Shown here one piece after another: positions 50,971 through 64,000 of a DNA stretch of 64,000 nucleotides. Positions within the stretch are counted from its first letter, which is position 1, and the number at the start of each line of letters is the position of its first letter. The position numbers and the translations under genes were made by a program. Below the pieces are notes generated by a model. That model was not told the origin of the DNA. It searched no databases and saw nothing but the letters and a program-made list of their open reading frames with translations. The stretch is from positions 11,718,001 to 11,782,000 of the forward strand of contig NC_058368.1 of the NCBI RefSeq assembly GCF_018350175.1, given 5' to 3'. The stretch comes from Felis catus. Taxonomy: Eukaryota.

Positions 50971-52085
50971 TGATATGAAATTTTTATCTTGTTTTGATTT
51001 GCATTTCTTTGATTATGAGTGAGGGTCATCACTTTCTTTTTTCTTTTTTTTGGGGGGGTATATGTTTATTGGGCAGAAGTTACTTGTAGCACATACTTTA
51101 GATGGAGCTTATTTTACTTGACTCTTTCTCCCCCTCCCTCGTCTAAAATGAACTGAGAGAGGTGCAATTTTTAGAGAGTTATAATATTTTTAGAGCCTGT
51201 GGCACCTTGAGGGGGGCATTGCTCTGAATGGAGAGACTACAGTGCTAGACTTTGAACGACCAAGGGCCAACATTGAGCATATTGAGAGCCCTTAACTTGG
51301 TGTTAACGAGGTATATAAAGGCAGGAAGGGAGATTTGAGAGGGCAAATAAATTTTGTATAGGGCCAGCTCTGTCTTCTGTCTGCTTCTCCTGTCTCACTA
51401 CTCCCTTCCACCTTCAATTGTCATTTGGTTTTTACCTGTGCTGTCATTTCGTTTGCTCCTGTTCCCTGGCAGGGGTAGCAACCTTGACCTTGTTATTTCA
51501 AGAGTTCCTCTAGAGATGAGGGACACTTAGTTTTAATTATAAGGGAAACTGATTTTGCTTCAAACCAGTCAAAGGGAGCAGTTCTCATTTCTTACATCCT
51601 TTAGATCTATTTTCTGATGTTTAGTAGTGCCTTTCTGTAGTTGATATTCTCCTAGGGTGTCAGAGGCCTTACATGCTGAACTGTACAGAAATCAGGGGAT
51701 GTTGGCAGGACTACATGGACTTTGTTCCTGTTTAATCCCTACATAACACCCTCACCCCCAGCTTCACAGTTTTTTTTTTTTTTTAATGAATTTTTTTTTC
51801 CTTGTAGCCTTGGGAAGTGATAGGTTTAAAGGGCTTTTGTCTGTCACCCCCTCTGTCCCCAATCACAAATGATAACCATGTGTAAGTGATGTTAATTAAT
51901 GTGACTGTGGTGATCTTTTCACAGTGCATGTGCATAGTATCAACACATCAGTTTGCATATCTTAAATATGTACAACTTTTGTACATCAGAGATACAAAGC
52001 TGTTAAAGTTTTTGTCTAAAGTTACCGTACATGCTAGTTAGCATCAGATAGCTAGTCCTTTTTCATCATTACCTCTAGCCTTGGC

Positions 52086-52330
52086 CAGTGGTTCTCAAAT
52101 GGGGGTGTTTGGGACACCCCTTCCCTCCCCAGTGCCTCACACCAGGACATTTGGCAAGGTCTGGAGACATTTTGGCTATCATAACTGGGGGAATGGGGGA
52201 GGGTGGTGCCACTGGCATCTAGTGGGTGGAGGTCAAGGATGTTAAACACCCTACATTGTGTAGGGCAACGCTCCACAACAAAAAATTATCTGGCCCAATG
52301 TATCAATAGTTCCAAGGATGAGAAACCCTG
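52086..52330 (+). mobile_element. MER20 (hAT-Charlie)
   Basis: CAGTGGTTCTCAAA...GACATTTGGCAAGGTCTGGAGACATTTT...GAGAAACCCTG. Confidence 0.88.
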
Positions 52331-52684
52331 GTCTAGGTAGAATTAATCCGGGAAGCCCATAGTTAACCCCAGCTCAACTGAACTAGGCCTGCCCACCAAC
52401 TCTTGGTAGTAGCAATCCAGCTATTTCAAGGCTTTCACTTAGTTTTATGCTCAAAATGGCAAGCTTTGAAATACAAGTCTTGAGCACTTTTTTTTTCTTT
52501 GTCTCTTTGGTAAATTTCTTTTTGGCTATTGACTTTCCTTCTCTTCTCCCTTTATGATATAATATAATTGGGGTCAAAGCTTTGTAGTTCTAGTTGGGAG
52601 TTTGGAAGGTCAGTAGCATTTAAGACTTGAACAGCAGTAGGAGCATATGTAGGCATTTGATGTAATGCTTGATGAGCAAAGCCC

Positions 52685-52850
52685 TTTCTAAGGAAGGCAA
52701 AAGAGCTTGGTGGTTAAGCCTGTAGACTTGACTTAGGTTTTTATTCTGTCTCCATTACTAGCTAGCTTTGTCACCATGGGCAAATTACTAATTTTGCTAA
52801 GCCTCAGTTTCTGAATCTGTAAAGTGGGCGATAATAGATATCTCACATTT
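52685..52850 (+). mobile_element. MIR
   Basis: Core GGGCAAATTACT...GCCTCAGTTTC...ATCTGTAAAGTGGG. Confidence 0.75.
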
Positions 52851-54194
52851 AAAAACAGCTTAATTCGGCTATAATTCACATACAGTATAATTCACTGAAT
52901 GAACGTGTACAGTTGTTTTCTAGTACATTCACAAGTTTATGCAACCATCACTGCAATCTGATTGTAGAACATTTTTATCTCCCATGAGAGAAACCCCAAA
53001 CGTGTTAGTTGTCACCTCCTATTACCACTAATCTCATTCGTTGTTCTTTTTTTTTTTTTTTTTTTTTTGGGTGGGGGGCGGATAAGCCAGACCAAATGCT
53101 TACCCTGGTGCCAAGATGGTAAGTACTCAACAAAAAAACCATTAGAAGTTGGTGCAGGGATACTGTATTTGTGCAAAGTCCATTCATACCACTTTAGAGA
53201 AGGCCAAGATGGAAAATTGTTTGTTTGTTAAATGGTATATGTTATATACTATACAAGAAATTCATGCTCCAAAATATAAAGATAAAAGATATTTTTTCAA
53301 TTATGAAATGTATATTCAAGTAGGAAGAAAGAAACTGGTTGTATAAAATACCAGTTATAATCAGAAAATAATTGAAAACAAGGCAGAATAAAGTGTTTTC
53401 AGGAAGGTGTAAACAAAATATCTGAAATTGGGAATTTGATAAAAGGAAATTGATTAATCATGTCAAGCTGAGAGTACAGGAATCATGAAAAACCTCTTGA
53501 AGTGAGGGACTTTTTGGCCAAGTCTTAGATGATAAAATATGAGACTTTGACTCCTAAGAAGAACCCTTGAAGAATGCTATACTTCTTGAGGTATTGGTGG
53601 TACCATCATCATCATCATTTCTTGCTGCCTCATGCTCCTGCCAAATGTTGCCTCTCGTAGCTTCATCCATGGTCTTTTTCGATGTTTCTAATCTGTTGTA
53701 TTTGGGAATTTATCTAAATGCATTAAGTAAAGTTTTAGTGAGAGGTTGATGTCTGTGACAAAAGGATATGAATATGTGGCCTTATGTTGTCTCTTTGAAT
53801 TGCATTTTTCGTTTATTTTCTGATTTAATTGGGTTTATTGAGTAAATAGTTCCTAGACAAATAAGGCTGATAAAAATGTTTTCTTCTTCCAGGGCTTCTA
53901 CTATGAACTATATCCCTGACCTCTCTCCTAAATATCCTGTCTTCTTTTTCTTGTATACTGTATTGGACACAATACCTCCAGTACAACATATTCAAAACTG
54001 AATTGCTTTCCTCTACCTCTACCCTTTAACATCCTGTCTGGGTTAATAACACAGATACCTTTTTTTAAGTTGTAAGGGATGACTAGATTTGTTATCAAGT
54101 CAGAAACCTGGAGTCTTCTTGATCTTTCTCCTTTACTTCTCATATCCAATGAATTACCAAATCTTGTTGATTCTGATACAGTATTTTCAAAGGT

Positions 54195-54196
54195 AT

Positions 54197-54227
<31 letters not shown>

Positions 54228-55303
54228 TTTTTTTAACGTTTATTTTTATTTATTTTTTTTTGAGACAGAGAGAGACAGAGCATGAACAGGGGAGGAGCAG
54301 AGCAGAGAGAGAGAGAGGGAGACACAGAATCTGAAACAGGCTCCAGGCTCTGAGCTGTCAGCACAGAGCCCGACGCAAAGGTTTTTTAAAAAATAAATAC
54401 TGTATGCATATTAGTACTTCAAAAGTGAAACAGCAAAAAGAGGAAAAAAGATACACAATCAAAAGTTTCTCATTCATAGCCTTTCCCATCTGTCTAGTTC
54501 CCAAATTTCTACAGTAGTTTACTCACGTTATTGATTTCTTACATATCCTTCAGGGGATTTAAAAAATACAGCCGTTAATAAGTACATTTATCCCATCTTT
54601 CTCTTTTCCCCTCCTCCTGCCCCCAGATGTTTTACATTAGTGTTGGAAACTGACTGCTTTGCCTTTTACTTTCTCTCTCTCTCTCTTTTTTTAAGTTTGT
54701 TTATTTTGAGAGAGAGTGAGAGAAAGTGAGAGGCGGAGGAGCAGAGAGAGAGGGAGAGAGAGAGAATCCTAAGCAGGCTCTGGCACTGTAAGCTCGAAGC
54801 CTGATATGGGGCTCAAACTCCCGAACCTTGAGATCATGACCTGAGCTGAAGTCAGACTCTTAACAGGGCCACCCAGGTGCCCCACCTTTTACTTTTTTTT
54901 TTTCCCCACTGAACAATATACCTTGGAGATCTTAACGCAGTAGTGTATAAAGTGCTAGTTGCTTATGCACGCTCTCTACTTCTCTCCACTTTTCAAAAGC
55001 TGCTGTTCCTTTTTACTTATGAACCACAATTTAACTGGTAGTATAAAACACCAGTTACCATAAGATAATTTATTTATTTAAAAAAAAATTTTTTTTTTTC
55101 AACGTTTATTTATTTTTTGGGACAGAGAGAGACAGAGCATGAATGGGGGAGGGGCAGAGAGAGAGGGAGACACAGAATCGGAAACAGGCTCCAGGCTCTG
55201 AGCCATCAGCCCAGAGCCCAACGCGGGGCTCGAACTCACGGACCGCGAGATCGTGACCTGGCTGAAGTCGGACGCTTAACTGACTGCGCCACCCAGGCGC
55301 CCC
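54195..55303 (-). mobile_element. Three antisense CAN-SINEs (54195-54376 5'-truncated with (TTTA)n tail; 54686-54882; about 55090-55303)
   Basis: TSDs CAAAGGT, CCTTTTACTTT and TACCATAA respectively. Confidence 0.9.
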
Positions 55304-55899
55304 TACCATAAAATAATTTAAAAGAAGGCGGAATAAAGTATTTTCTTTTAAAGCCCATTGGTGGACAGCTGTATTGTTTCCAGTGTTTACTATTATAAAA
55401 ATTATAAGAATCTTGCATCAAGCAACACTGTTGCATATATCATTCTGTACATATGCCCATGTGTCTATAGGATAAATTCCTAGAAGTGGAATTGCTGGGT
55501 CAAAGAATATAACAGGTATAATTTTGATATTGTTAAACTGGGTTTCATAGACGTTGTAACAATAACGTGTATATGAGAATACTTGTTTCCCTATACCCTT
55601 GCCAACACAGTGTGTAATCAAGCTTTTTGGATTTTTGCCAATACGATAGGCGAAAAATGGTATCTCAGTGTAGTTTTAATTAATATTTCTCTTACAAGTG
55701 AAGCCAAGCATCTTTTCATATGGTTAAGAGCCCTCTATATTATTGTTTTTTTCCTGTGAACTCTCTGATTTTAATCTTTACCCATTATTTTCTGTCCATT
55801 TGGGGATTCTTAAATTTCTCTTCAGTCCCTGTGCCATTGGTTGGTTTAGTAAATGTAAACATGACTTGCTTGTTTGCATGCATTTGTCTTCTGACTGGT

Positions 55900-56470
55900 A
55901 TCTGCTTACACCATCACTCCCTTCTAGGCTATCTCTTAGACTATTAACAGAGTGATATTTCTAATCATGAATTTGTGTCATTTCCTTGCTTTAAACTCTT
56001 CAGTGGCTCTTCACGCCCTTTGTAATCCAAGTATCTTAGTATTGGCATGGTACCTACCTGCCTTGCCAGCATTTCATGTCACTTTGTGTTAGGCTCGCTC
56101 AGCTCCCAAAACACTGCTCATAGCTCCCTACTGTGTTGGACCTTTTGTCTCTCTGTCTTTATATGTGGTATTTCTCTTCTTGCAGTGGTCATTCCTGCTT
56201 GTTCACATGTCCAAACACCTGCTTTTCATCCTCTACCTAATGGAAAGGTTTTTCTGATACATGACTCTTCTTTTGGGCAACGTGTTGTGCTCTTTTCCCC
56301 TTCTCACAAGACCCTGTGTATACCTTTATAATGGAAACCGTCATGCCATGTGTTGTTCTTTTTTGTGTGTTTTTTGCCCTTATACGGTTAACCTTTGAGG
56401 CCATGAACTTACAGTTATTTTGCAACCTAGCAGAGTATTTGGCACTGGTAGATGATTAATATTTCCTGAA
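55900..56470 (+). mobile_element. L2 fragment
   Basis: AAACTCTTCAGTGGCTC..., 3' GCAGAGTATTTGGCAC...AATATTTCCTGAAT. Confidence 0.55.
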
Positions 56471-56639
56471 TACACACAAATGTATGTATATATATGCTAA
56501 ATATAAGTCTGGACAACCCAAGACTAGGTGGAAAAAGGGAAAATTAATACAGTGAGCTCATGAATTGTTTTTAAATTTGTTTTTGATTTACTTATATATG
56601 TATTATATATTCTATATATTTATGTTCTGTATTTGCATA

Positions 56640-59600
56640 TATTTATATTAAGGTGTAAACTAAATACAGTGAAATGTACAGATCTCACTTTGATTAGATC
56701 AATACCCAGTGCCCAAAAGATGATATTGAGCATTTTTGTCATCCCAAAAGGTTCCCTCTTTGCCTTTTTTATCCAGTTCCCTCTTCCCCAAGCACTGTGA
56801 TATCTAACAAGGTAGATTAGTTTTGTTCTGTGTTCATGCAGTGTGCTTTTTTGCATTTAGCTTCTTTTGCTTAGCATTTCCAGATTTATCCATGAAGTGG
56901 AATATATCAGTTTTTCTTTTTATTGCTTAATTAAATTAAATTGGATGAATATACCACAGTTTATCTTTTCTTCTGTTGATGAACATTTGAGTTGCTTCCA
57001 GTTTTTTACCATTAAGAATAAGACCTATGCGTGTCTTCTTGCAAACAGTTGTTTTCATTTTTCTTGAGTAAATACCTAGGAATGGAATTGTGAGTTTATA
57101 GGCAGATGTGTGTTTAACTATGTCAGAAATTCCCACATTTTCAAAGTGATTTTCTACTTTATATTCCCACCATGAATATATGAGAATTCTAGTTGCTCTA
57201 CATTCTTGCCAACATTTGGATAATCAGCCTTAATTTTAGCCATTTATAAGGTATGAAATGGTTTCTCATTGTGGTTTTATTTTGGATTTCCTTGGTGGCT
57301 AATGATGTTGAGTAGCTTTTCATACAGCTATTGATAATTAGCGTATTTTCTTTTGTGAATTTGTCTTCCAGGTTTTCTGCGTGTTTAAAAAATTGGTTAT
57401 CTTTTTATTGGTGTGTAATATAGTCTGGATACAAGTTGTCAGATCAATGTGTTAAGAGTATTTTCTCCTAATTTGTAGTTTGTCTTGTTTTTTCTTTAAT
57501 AGTGTATTTTGACAAAGTCTAAATAATCAAGTTTTTTCTTGAATAGATATGCCTTTTGGGGTGCCTGGGTAGCTCAGTCTGTTGGGCGTCCGACTTTGGT
57601 TCAGGTCATGATCTCGGGTTCATGGGATTGAGCCCCATGTCGGGCTCCGTGCTGACAGCTCAGAGCCTGGAGCCTGCTTCAGATTCTGTGTTTCCCTCTC
57701 TCTCTGCCCCTCTCCCGCTCATGTTCTGTCTCTGTTTTTCTCAAAAATAAACAAACGTTAAAAAAATGAAAAAAAAAATAGATTACGTTTTTTGAGTCAT
57801 AAGAAGCTTTGCCTATCCAGAAGTCATGAAAATAATTTTTTGTGCTTTCTTTTAGAAGTTTCATAGTCGTAACCTTTACCTATAAGGCCATGATCCATCT
57901 TGAATTATTTTGCATGGTGTGAAGTAGGAGGTTAAAGTTAATTTTTAAAAATACATTTATCCAATTCCAACACCATTGTTTGGAAAAAAAAACAAAACGA
58001 AACACCTTTTCTTTGCTGCAGTGATTAGCCTTTGTGTCTTTATTCAGAATCCTTTGAACTTATATGTGTAGATCTATTTCTGGACTCAATTCTGTTTCAT
58101 TGATCTATTTGTTTCTCCTATGCCAGTGTCACAGTGTCTCTATTACCATAACTTTTGGAATCAAATAGTGTGAATCCTCCAACATTGTTTGGCCGGTCTG
58201 GCTCTTTTGTGTTTCAGGGTCTCAATTTCTATAAAAAGAAAGTCTTTTGGGATTTTGATTGGGATTGTGTTGCTCTGTAGATATATATAGGGAAAACTGA
58301 TCTGTACCAATATTGAATGTGGTAGTTAGCCTCTCACATGGTTCCCATTGATCCCTGTCTGGTATTTGCACTGTTTCATAGGCCAGCTTGCACATTGATT
58401 AGGGTTGATGTGTGTGATCAATAGGGTATGGGAAAAGTGATGGTATGTCACTTCTAAAATTAGGTTAAAAAAAGATACAGTGGCTTGTTACTGGTCTTTT
58501 CCTCATCACTCACTGTAGAAAAAACCAGATGCCATATTGTAGAGAGACCTAATGTCAAGACTGTGAAGGGTCTGAGTTTTTACCCTACTTGCAAGCTCTC
58601 AAGTTAGCTTACTACAGTTTCATGGGTGCTGATAAAAGACATGAGGCCCCTGGGTCAGATTGGAAAGACTGTCACAATTACAGGAGGAGTAGCTAGGGTT
58701 TTGGCATTTTTGCACCAGTTCCTTGAGTTCCATTTCACACCTGGTAACATGAAGAGGGCCAGATGACACCTACATATGCAGTGGGCTAGGTTTCAGGAGA
58801 GGAACTTTGGACACGGGGAACCTGGATGTTTTTATTTATTTTTTTATGTTTTAAATGTTTATTTTGAGAGACAGCATGAACAAGGAGAGGGACAGAGAGA
58901 GAGAGGGAGAGGGAACAAGGGAGAGAGAATCCCAAGCATGGAACCTGATGTGGGACTTGGTCTCATAAACCATGAGATCATGACCTGAGCCGAAATCAAG
59001 GGTCAAATTTTTAACCTACTGAGGCCACCCAGGCACCCCAAAACTGGATATTTTTAGATGTGCAGTAAGCATACCTGCTCTTTGCTTTGGAGGTGACTTT
59101 CTTTATCTTCTAAGTCTGTTCATTTTATAGATACCTTTGAAACATAGTTTAGAACAAAGGGCAGTCCATCCTCAGTTGCAAAATGTGCAGAAATGTAGGT
59201 CCCATGGATTATTGTCTCCTAACATCTACGTGACAAAGAACTGAGGCTTTCTGCCAACAGCCTTGAGTGACCTTAGAAGCAGATCCTCCTCTAGCCTTCA
59301 GTTGACTATTATTTATTTGACTACAGTCTCATCAGAGACCCTTGATCCAGACCCACCAGCTAAGCTGCTTCTGGATTCCTGACCCTTAGAAACTGAGATA
59401 ATTTTGTTTCAGCTGTTAAGTTTTGGGATTGTTTCTTACACAGCGATGACTAATACAGTTGTATATCTCTCCTTTTATTTAGTTCATCTTTAACATGTGT
59501 TGTAAACGTGTGTGAAAGATCTCTACATCAACCTATTAAAATGGATTTTTACATATTAATATGTTAGCATATCAATCATATAATGTGATGTTATGTTAAT

Positions 59601-62060
59601 GTGTTAATTTATATACATGTAATAAAAAGTAACATTTTGGGGCACCTGGGTGGCTCAGTCCATTAAGCGTCTGACTTTGGTTCAGGTCATGATCCTACTG
59701 CTTGTGAGTTGGAGCCCCGTGTTGGGCTCTGTGCTGACAGTTCAGAGCCTGGAGCCTGCTTCAGATTCTGTCTCTGTTTCTCTGCCCCCTTGCCTGCTTG
59801 CGCTCTTTCTTTCTCAAATATAAATATTAAAAAAATCTTTTAGGGGCGCCTGGGTGGCTCAGTTGGTCAAGTGTCCAACTTTGGCTCAGGTCATGATCTC
59901 ACAGTTCGTGGGTTCAAGCCCTGCGTCAGGCCCTGTGCTGACAGTTCAGCGCCTGGAGCCTGCTTCAGATTCTGTGTCCGCACCCCTCCCCTGCTCGCAT
60001 TCTGTCTCTCACTCTCTCAAAACTAAATAAAACATTAAACATTTTTTTTTAGACAGTAACATTTTAATGTTCTCTGTAGAGATCTTGCATGTATTAAAAA
60101 TCTTTTTGATGCTATTACAAATGAAATTTTGTAAATGTTCTTTGTATACAAAAATGCCATAGTTACTTTAAATTGAATTCAGATTCGTTTAGTTCCAGGA
60201 CTCTTTGTAGATTCTTTAGGACTTTCTTTACAAAAATAGTCAGATAATTTGTGAATAAGACCCTTTTATTCCTTTCTTTCCTCATCTTACAAGCTTTTTC
60301 TTTGTCTTGCCTTATTGCACCATCTTGCATTTTCAGTCTAATGTTAAAGAGCAATGGTGAGAATGGACATCCTTGTCTCGTTCCTGATCTTAAGGGAAAA
60401 CATTGTCCTTCACCATAAAATAGGATGTCAGCAGTGGGTTTTTTTTGTAGATTAAAAGAAATCAGATGGAAGATACTCCCTGTTTTACTGAAACTTTTAA
60501 ATTATGAATGGGTGTTAAATATTGTCACACATCCCCCCCCCCTTTTTTGTATTTAGTGAGATGATTGTATGGCTTTTATTCTTTATTCTGTTATTTATTT
60601 TGGTGAAATATATTTATTGATTTTTTTTTCTGAAGGAAAGTTTTTTTAATGTTTATTATTGAGAGGCAGAGAGAAACAGAGCATGAGCAGGGGAGGGGCA
60701 GAGAGAAGAGGAGACACAGAATCCGAAGCAGGCTCCAGGCTCTGAGCTGTCAGCACAGAGCCCGACAGGCCTTGAACTCACAATCCTGCAAGATCATGAC
60801 CTGAGCCACCCAGGTGCCCCTATTTATTGAGTTTTGAAAGTGATACCAATCTTGCATTCCTGGGATAACCTTACATGATCATGATGTTTTGTCCACTTAC
60901 CTGTTTTTGGGTTTGTTTTGTTAAGGATGTCTCTGTGTTCTTGATAAATACGGTTTATGATGCTTTTTTTTTTTAATTTTATTTTTGAGAGCAAGAGAGA
61001 GCACGTGCCAGCAGGGAAGGGGCAGAGAGGGAGACCCAGAATCCTAATTAGGCTCCAGGCTCCCAGCTGTCAGCATAGAGCCTGGTGTGGGGCTCGAACT
61101 CACGAACTGTGAGATCATGACCTGAGCCAAAGTCAAGCAGTTTGTGGGTTATTTAAGTTATCAAATCTTTTGGCATATGGTTTATAATTTTTCGTTGTGA
61201 TCCTTTTAATGCCTGCAGGATTTGTCATGATTGGTCTTTTATTCCTGATGTTGGTAGTTTGTATTTTACTTTCTTCTGTTCTTCGTCATTCATGCTAGGG
61301 CTTAGTAATGTTATTTGTTTTCACAGCTTTTGGTTGGCTTCTGGTTTTATCTTGATAATTCCTTCATTCTTTTTTCTGTTGGTTTAATATTTTTTTCTGG
61401 CTTTTTTGAAAAAAAATTAAGCTTTATTTTTGAGAGGGGGAGAGAGAGAGACAGAGAGAGAGAAGCAGAGAGAGGGAGGGAGAGGGAAGGAGGGAGGGAG
61501 AGAGAGGGAGGAGCAGAGAGAGGGAGACAGAATCCGAAACAGGCTCCAGGCTCTGAGCTGTCAGCACAGAGCCCGATGCAGGGCTCGACCTCATGAACCA
61601 CAAGATCATGACCTGAGCCGAAGTCGGATGCCCAACTGACTGAGCCACCCAGGTGCCCCTTTTCTGGCTTTATGTCTAAATGTGGAAATTTAGACATTTA
61701 AACTTAAGACTTTGTGTTTAAATATAAGCACTTGAAGCTATCCTTTCTTCTCTAAGCATTGCTTAATTGCATGTTTAATGTTTACATATTGTATTTTCAT
61801 TATCAGTTAAAAATATTTTCTAAATTTCTTTGTGATTTCTTTGACTCATGGAGTATTTAGAAACATGTTGCTTGATTTCCAGGTATTTTGAGTTTTCATA
61901 GATAGTTTCTTATAGTTGAATGCTAATATGATTCTGTTGGGGTCAGAAAACATACTGTAAAATTTCTGCCTTTTGAAATTTGAGACTCATTTTATGATGC
62001 AGTATATGCTCTATGATACAGTTGGGTCAGATTAATAGTGTTTAAGTCATCTATATCATA
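56640..62060 (-). mobile_element. Long, old antisense L1 carrying nested MLT1, LTR and multiple SINEs (57557-57780 +, 59639-60050 + twice, 60640-60820 -, 60964-61138 -, 61422-61658 -)
   Basis: Collinear antisense L1 motifs: AAATACCTAGGAATGGAATTG, GGGATTTTGATTGGGATTG, GGACATCCTTGTCTCGTTCCTGATCTT, ATCTTGCATTCCTGGGATAA. Confidence 0.8.
58318..59457 (+). mobile_element. MLT1 LTR split by a MER34-like ERV LTR (58562-59224), itself split by a SINE (58829-59039)
   Basis: MLT1 start TGTGGTAG and end GACTAATACA; inner element TGTGAAGGGTCTGAG...ACCCTACTTGCAAGCT...CTCCTAACA. Confidence 0.75.
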
Positions 62061-62391
62061 ATCAAAACTTTTTCTTTATATATAAAAAATATTTTAGGGG
62101 TGCCCATCCCTGCTTGCACTCAGTCTCAAAATAAACAAACATAAAAATATTTAAAATAAAATATTAAAAAATACGTAACATAAAAGGTGACAGTAAAGGA
62201 TGGGAGAAAAAAACAGGTTAAAAAAATACAACACATAGCAAACAACAGACTTGATTAAAAAAATACAACACACGTAGCAAATAACAGACTTAAATTCAAC
62301 CATGTAAATATTGTTAAATACAATGTTTCCTAAAACTCCAAAGACAGAAATTGCTATATAAGTAGGTTTAATATTAAAAAAAACAAAATGA

Positions 62392-63020
62392 GGGGTTCCT
62401 GGATGGTTCAGTCGGTTGTGCATCCATCTCTTGATTTCGGCTCAGGTTATGATCTCTTGGTTGGTGGGGTCAAGCCCCCCAGCGCTGAGCCTGCTTGGGG
62501 TTCTCTCTCTCCCTCTTTCCCTGTGTCTCTCTCCTTCTCTGCCCCTCCCCCATGCATACATGCACGGCCACACACACTCTCTCTCTCAAAATAAATAAAG
62601 AAAAAAAATGAATGAGATCTTGGCCTTTTGCGACAACATGGATGCTAATAAGTTAAAGACAAATGCCAAGTATGTCTTTTATATGAGGAATCTAAAAAAA
62701 AAAAAATAAGTAAACAAACAGCAGAAACAAACCCATAAATACAGAGAACTGATGGCCGCCAGAGGGGTGGAGGGTGAGGGGATAGGCAAAATGGGTGAGG
62801 GAAACTGGGAGATACAGGCTTCCAGTTAAGGAGTCATTAAGTCATAAGGATAAAAGGTACAGCATAGGGAATATAGTTTTTGGTACTGTAATAGTATTGT
62901 GACAGATGAACTATACTTGCAATGAGGATAGCATAACATAAACTTGCCATATAACTATATTGTACACTTGAAACTAATGTAACATTTTATGTTTACTATG
63001 TCTCAATAAAAAAGGAAACA
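62392..63020 (+). mobile_element. CAN-SINE (62392-62608) followed by an L1 3' end
   Basis: SINE head and tail; GATACAGGCTTCCAGTT...TGTACACTTGAAACTAATGTAACATT...AATAAAA. Confidence 0.85.
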
Positions 63021-63200
63021 TTTTTAAAAATGAAAATAAAGTCCACTAAATATATGCTGTATATAAGAGATGCATTTTAAGAACAAAAACACAAGTCAGG
63101 TTAAAAGTGTAATAATGAAAATTATACATCATGAATGTAAATAGTAAACACAGGAGAAGTTGTGTACTTACATTAATAACAGAAAAAAATGTAACTTCAA

Positions 63201-63425
63201 GGGTGCCTGGGTGGCTCAGTTGGTTAAACATCTGACTTTGGCTCGGGTCACGATCTTGTGGTTTGTGAGTTTGAGTGTCTTCTAGGGCCCTGTGTCGACA
63301 GCTCAGAGCCTGGAGCCTGCTTCAGATCCTGTCTCGCTTTCTCTCTGCCCTTCCCCTGCTTATATTCTGTCTCTCTCTCAAAAATAAATAAACATTAAGA
63401 AAAATCTTTTTATTAAAAAAAAAAG
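63201..63425 (+). mobile_element. CAN-SINE
   Basis: Head and tail; partial TSD TAACTTCA. Confidence 0.9.
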
Positions 63426-63694
63426 GGGGTGGTGGTTAACTTCAGTAAAGAATTATCAAAAGTAAAAAGGTCAATTCATCCAGAAGGCATACCAATACTA
63501 AATGAGAATCCACCTAATACCAGAGAGCCTGAGGCAAAAACTGCATTAAGGAAACACATGAAGCAAAAGCTGATTAAGTTATAGATATAAAAGTTATAGG
63601 AAGAAATGAACAAATCTACAATTATAGCTGGGAGTTATAATACCCCTCTCTTAACAAGTGAAATGGGTATAAAATAACCTACAGAAATGTAGAT

Positions 63695-63866
63695 CAGAGA
63701 TCAGCAAACTACAGGGCAGATCCATGGCCCCTCTGCCTGCCTTTATAAATAAAGTTTTATTAGAACACTGTCATGCCTATTCATTTCCATATTGCCATGG
63801 CTGTTTTCACACTACAGTAAGAGAATAGCCACTGCAAGGGCTATAATCCACAAAACCCAAAATATT
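63695..63866 (+). mobile_element. MER58A-type hAT-Charlie element
   Basis: CAGCAAACTAC...AATAAAGTTTTATTAGAACAC...ATTTCCATATTG. Confidence 0.75.
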
Positions 63867-64000
63867 TTTTTAAAGTTGTTTGAGAGAGAGAGAGACTGCA
63901 AGCAAGTGGAGGAGGGGCAGAGAAAGAGGGAGAGAGAATCCCAAGCAGGCTCCATGCTGTTAATGCAGGGACTGATGTGGGGCTTGAGCCAGCGAACTAT
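63866..64000 (-). mobile_element. CAN-SINE cut by the window edge
   Basis: GA tract and GAATCCCAAGCAGGCTCC. Confidence 0.88.

Noticed and set aside
53560..53715. Coding-looking minus-strand stretch (MDEATRGNIWQEHEAARNDDDDG...)
   Set aside because: Short, no recognisable family or splice context; possibly decayed transposon sequence
1413..63425. Recurrent short ORFs (MAQSVK...SAQVMIS..., MNGGGAERE...) and tRNA-like A/B boxes
   Set aside because: Translations and internal promoters of tRNA-derived CAN-SINEs, not genes or tRNAs

Overview
Mammalian genomic DNA, most likely a felid (young cat-type CAN-SINEs and a young carnivore L1). It spans the divergent 5' ends of two genes about 33 kb apart. 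N4BP2L2 is on the minus strand: promoter and non-coding exon 1 at about 11750-12100, and a 1259-nt first coding exon at 9196-10454 ending just after a Walker A motif. PDS5B is on the plus strand: CpG island at about 45025-46200, non-coding exon 1 ending at 45459, then intron 1 to the end of the window. The rest is mostly interspersed repeats: about 45 CAN-SINEs, a near full-length Tigger1, a 3.2-kb young L1, old L1/L2/MIR pieces, MLT1 and other solo LTRs, and MER DNA elements. Almost all short ORFs in the track are repeat- or GC-derived noise. I found no convincing new multi-gene system. The best leads are: an overlapping uORF in N4BP2L2 that a candidate 22-nt microexon would turn into an in-frame N-terminal extension; a poly-Arg uORF in PDS5B exon 1; a SINE triplet with an unequal-crossover signature; a SOX-motif minisatellite; a candidate CTCF site; and an L1 junction suggesting insertion-mediated deletion. 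Repeat family names come from recalled consensus sequences, and repeat boundaries are approximate unless TSDs or TIRs are quoted.
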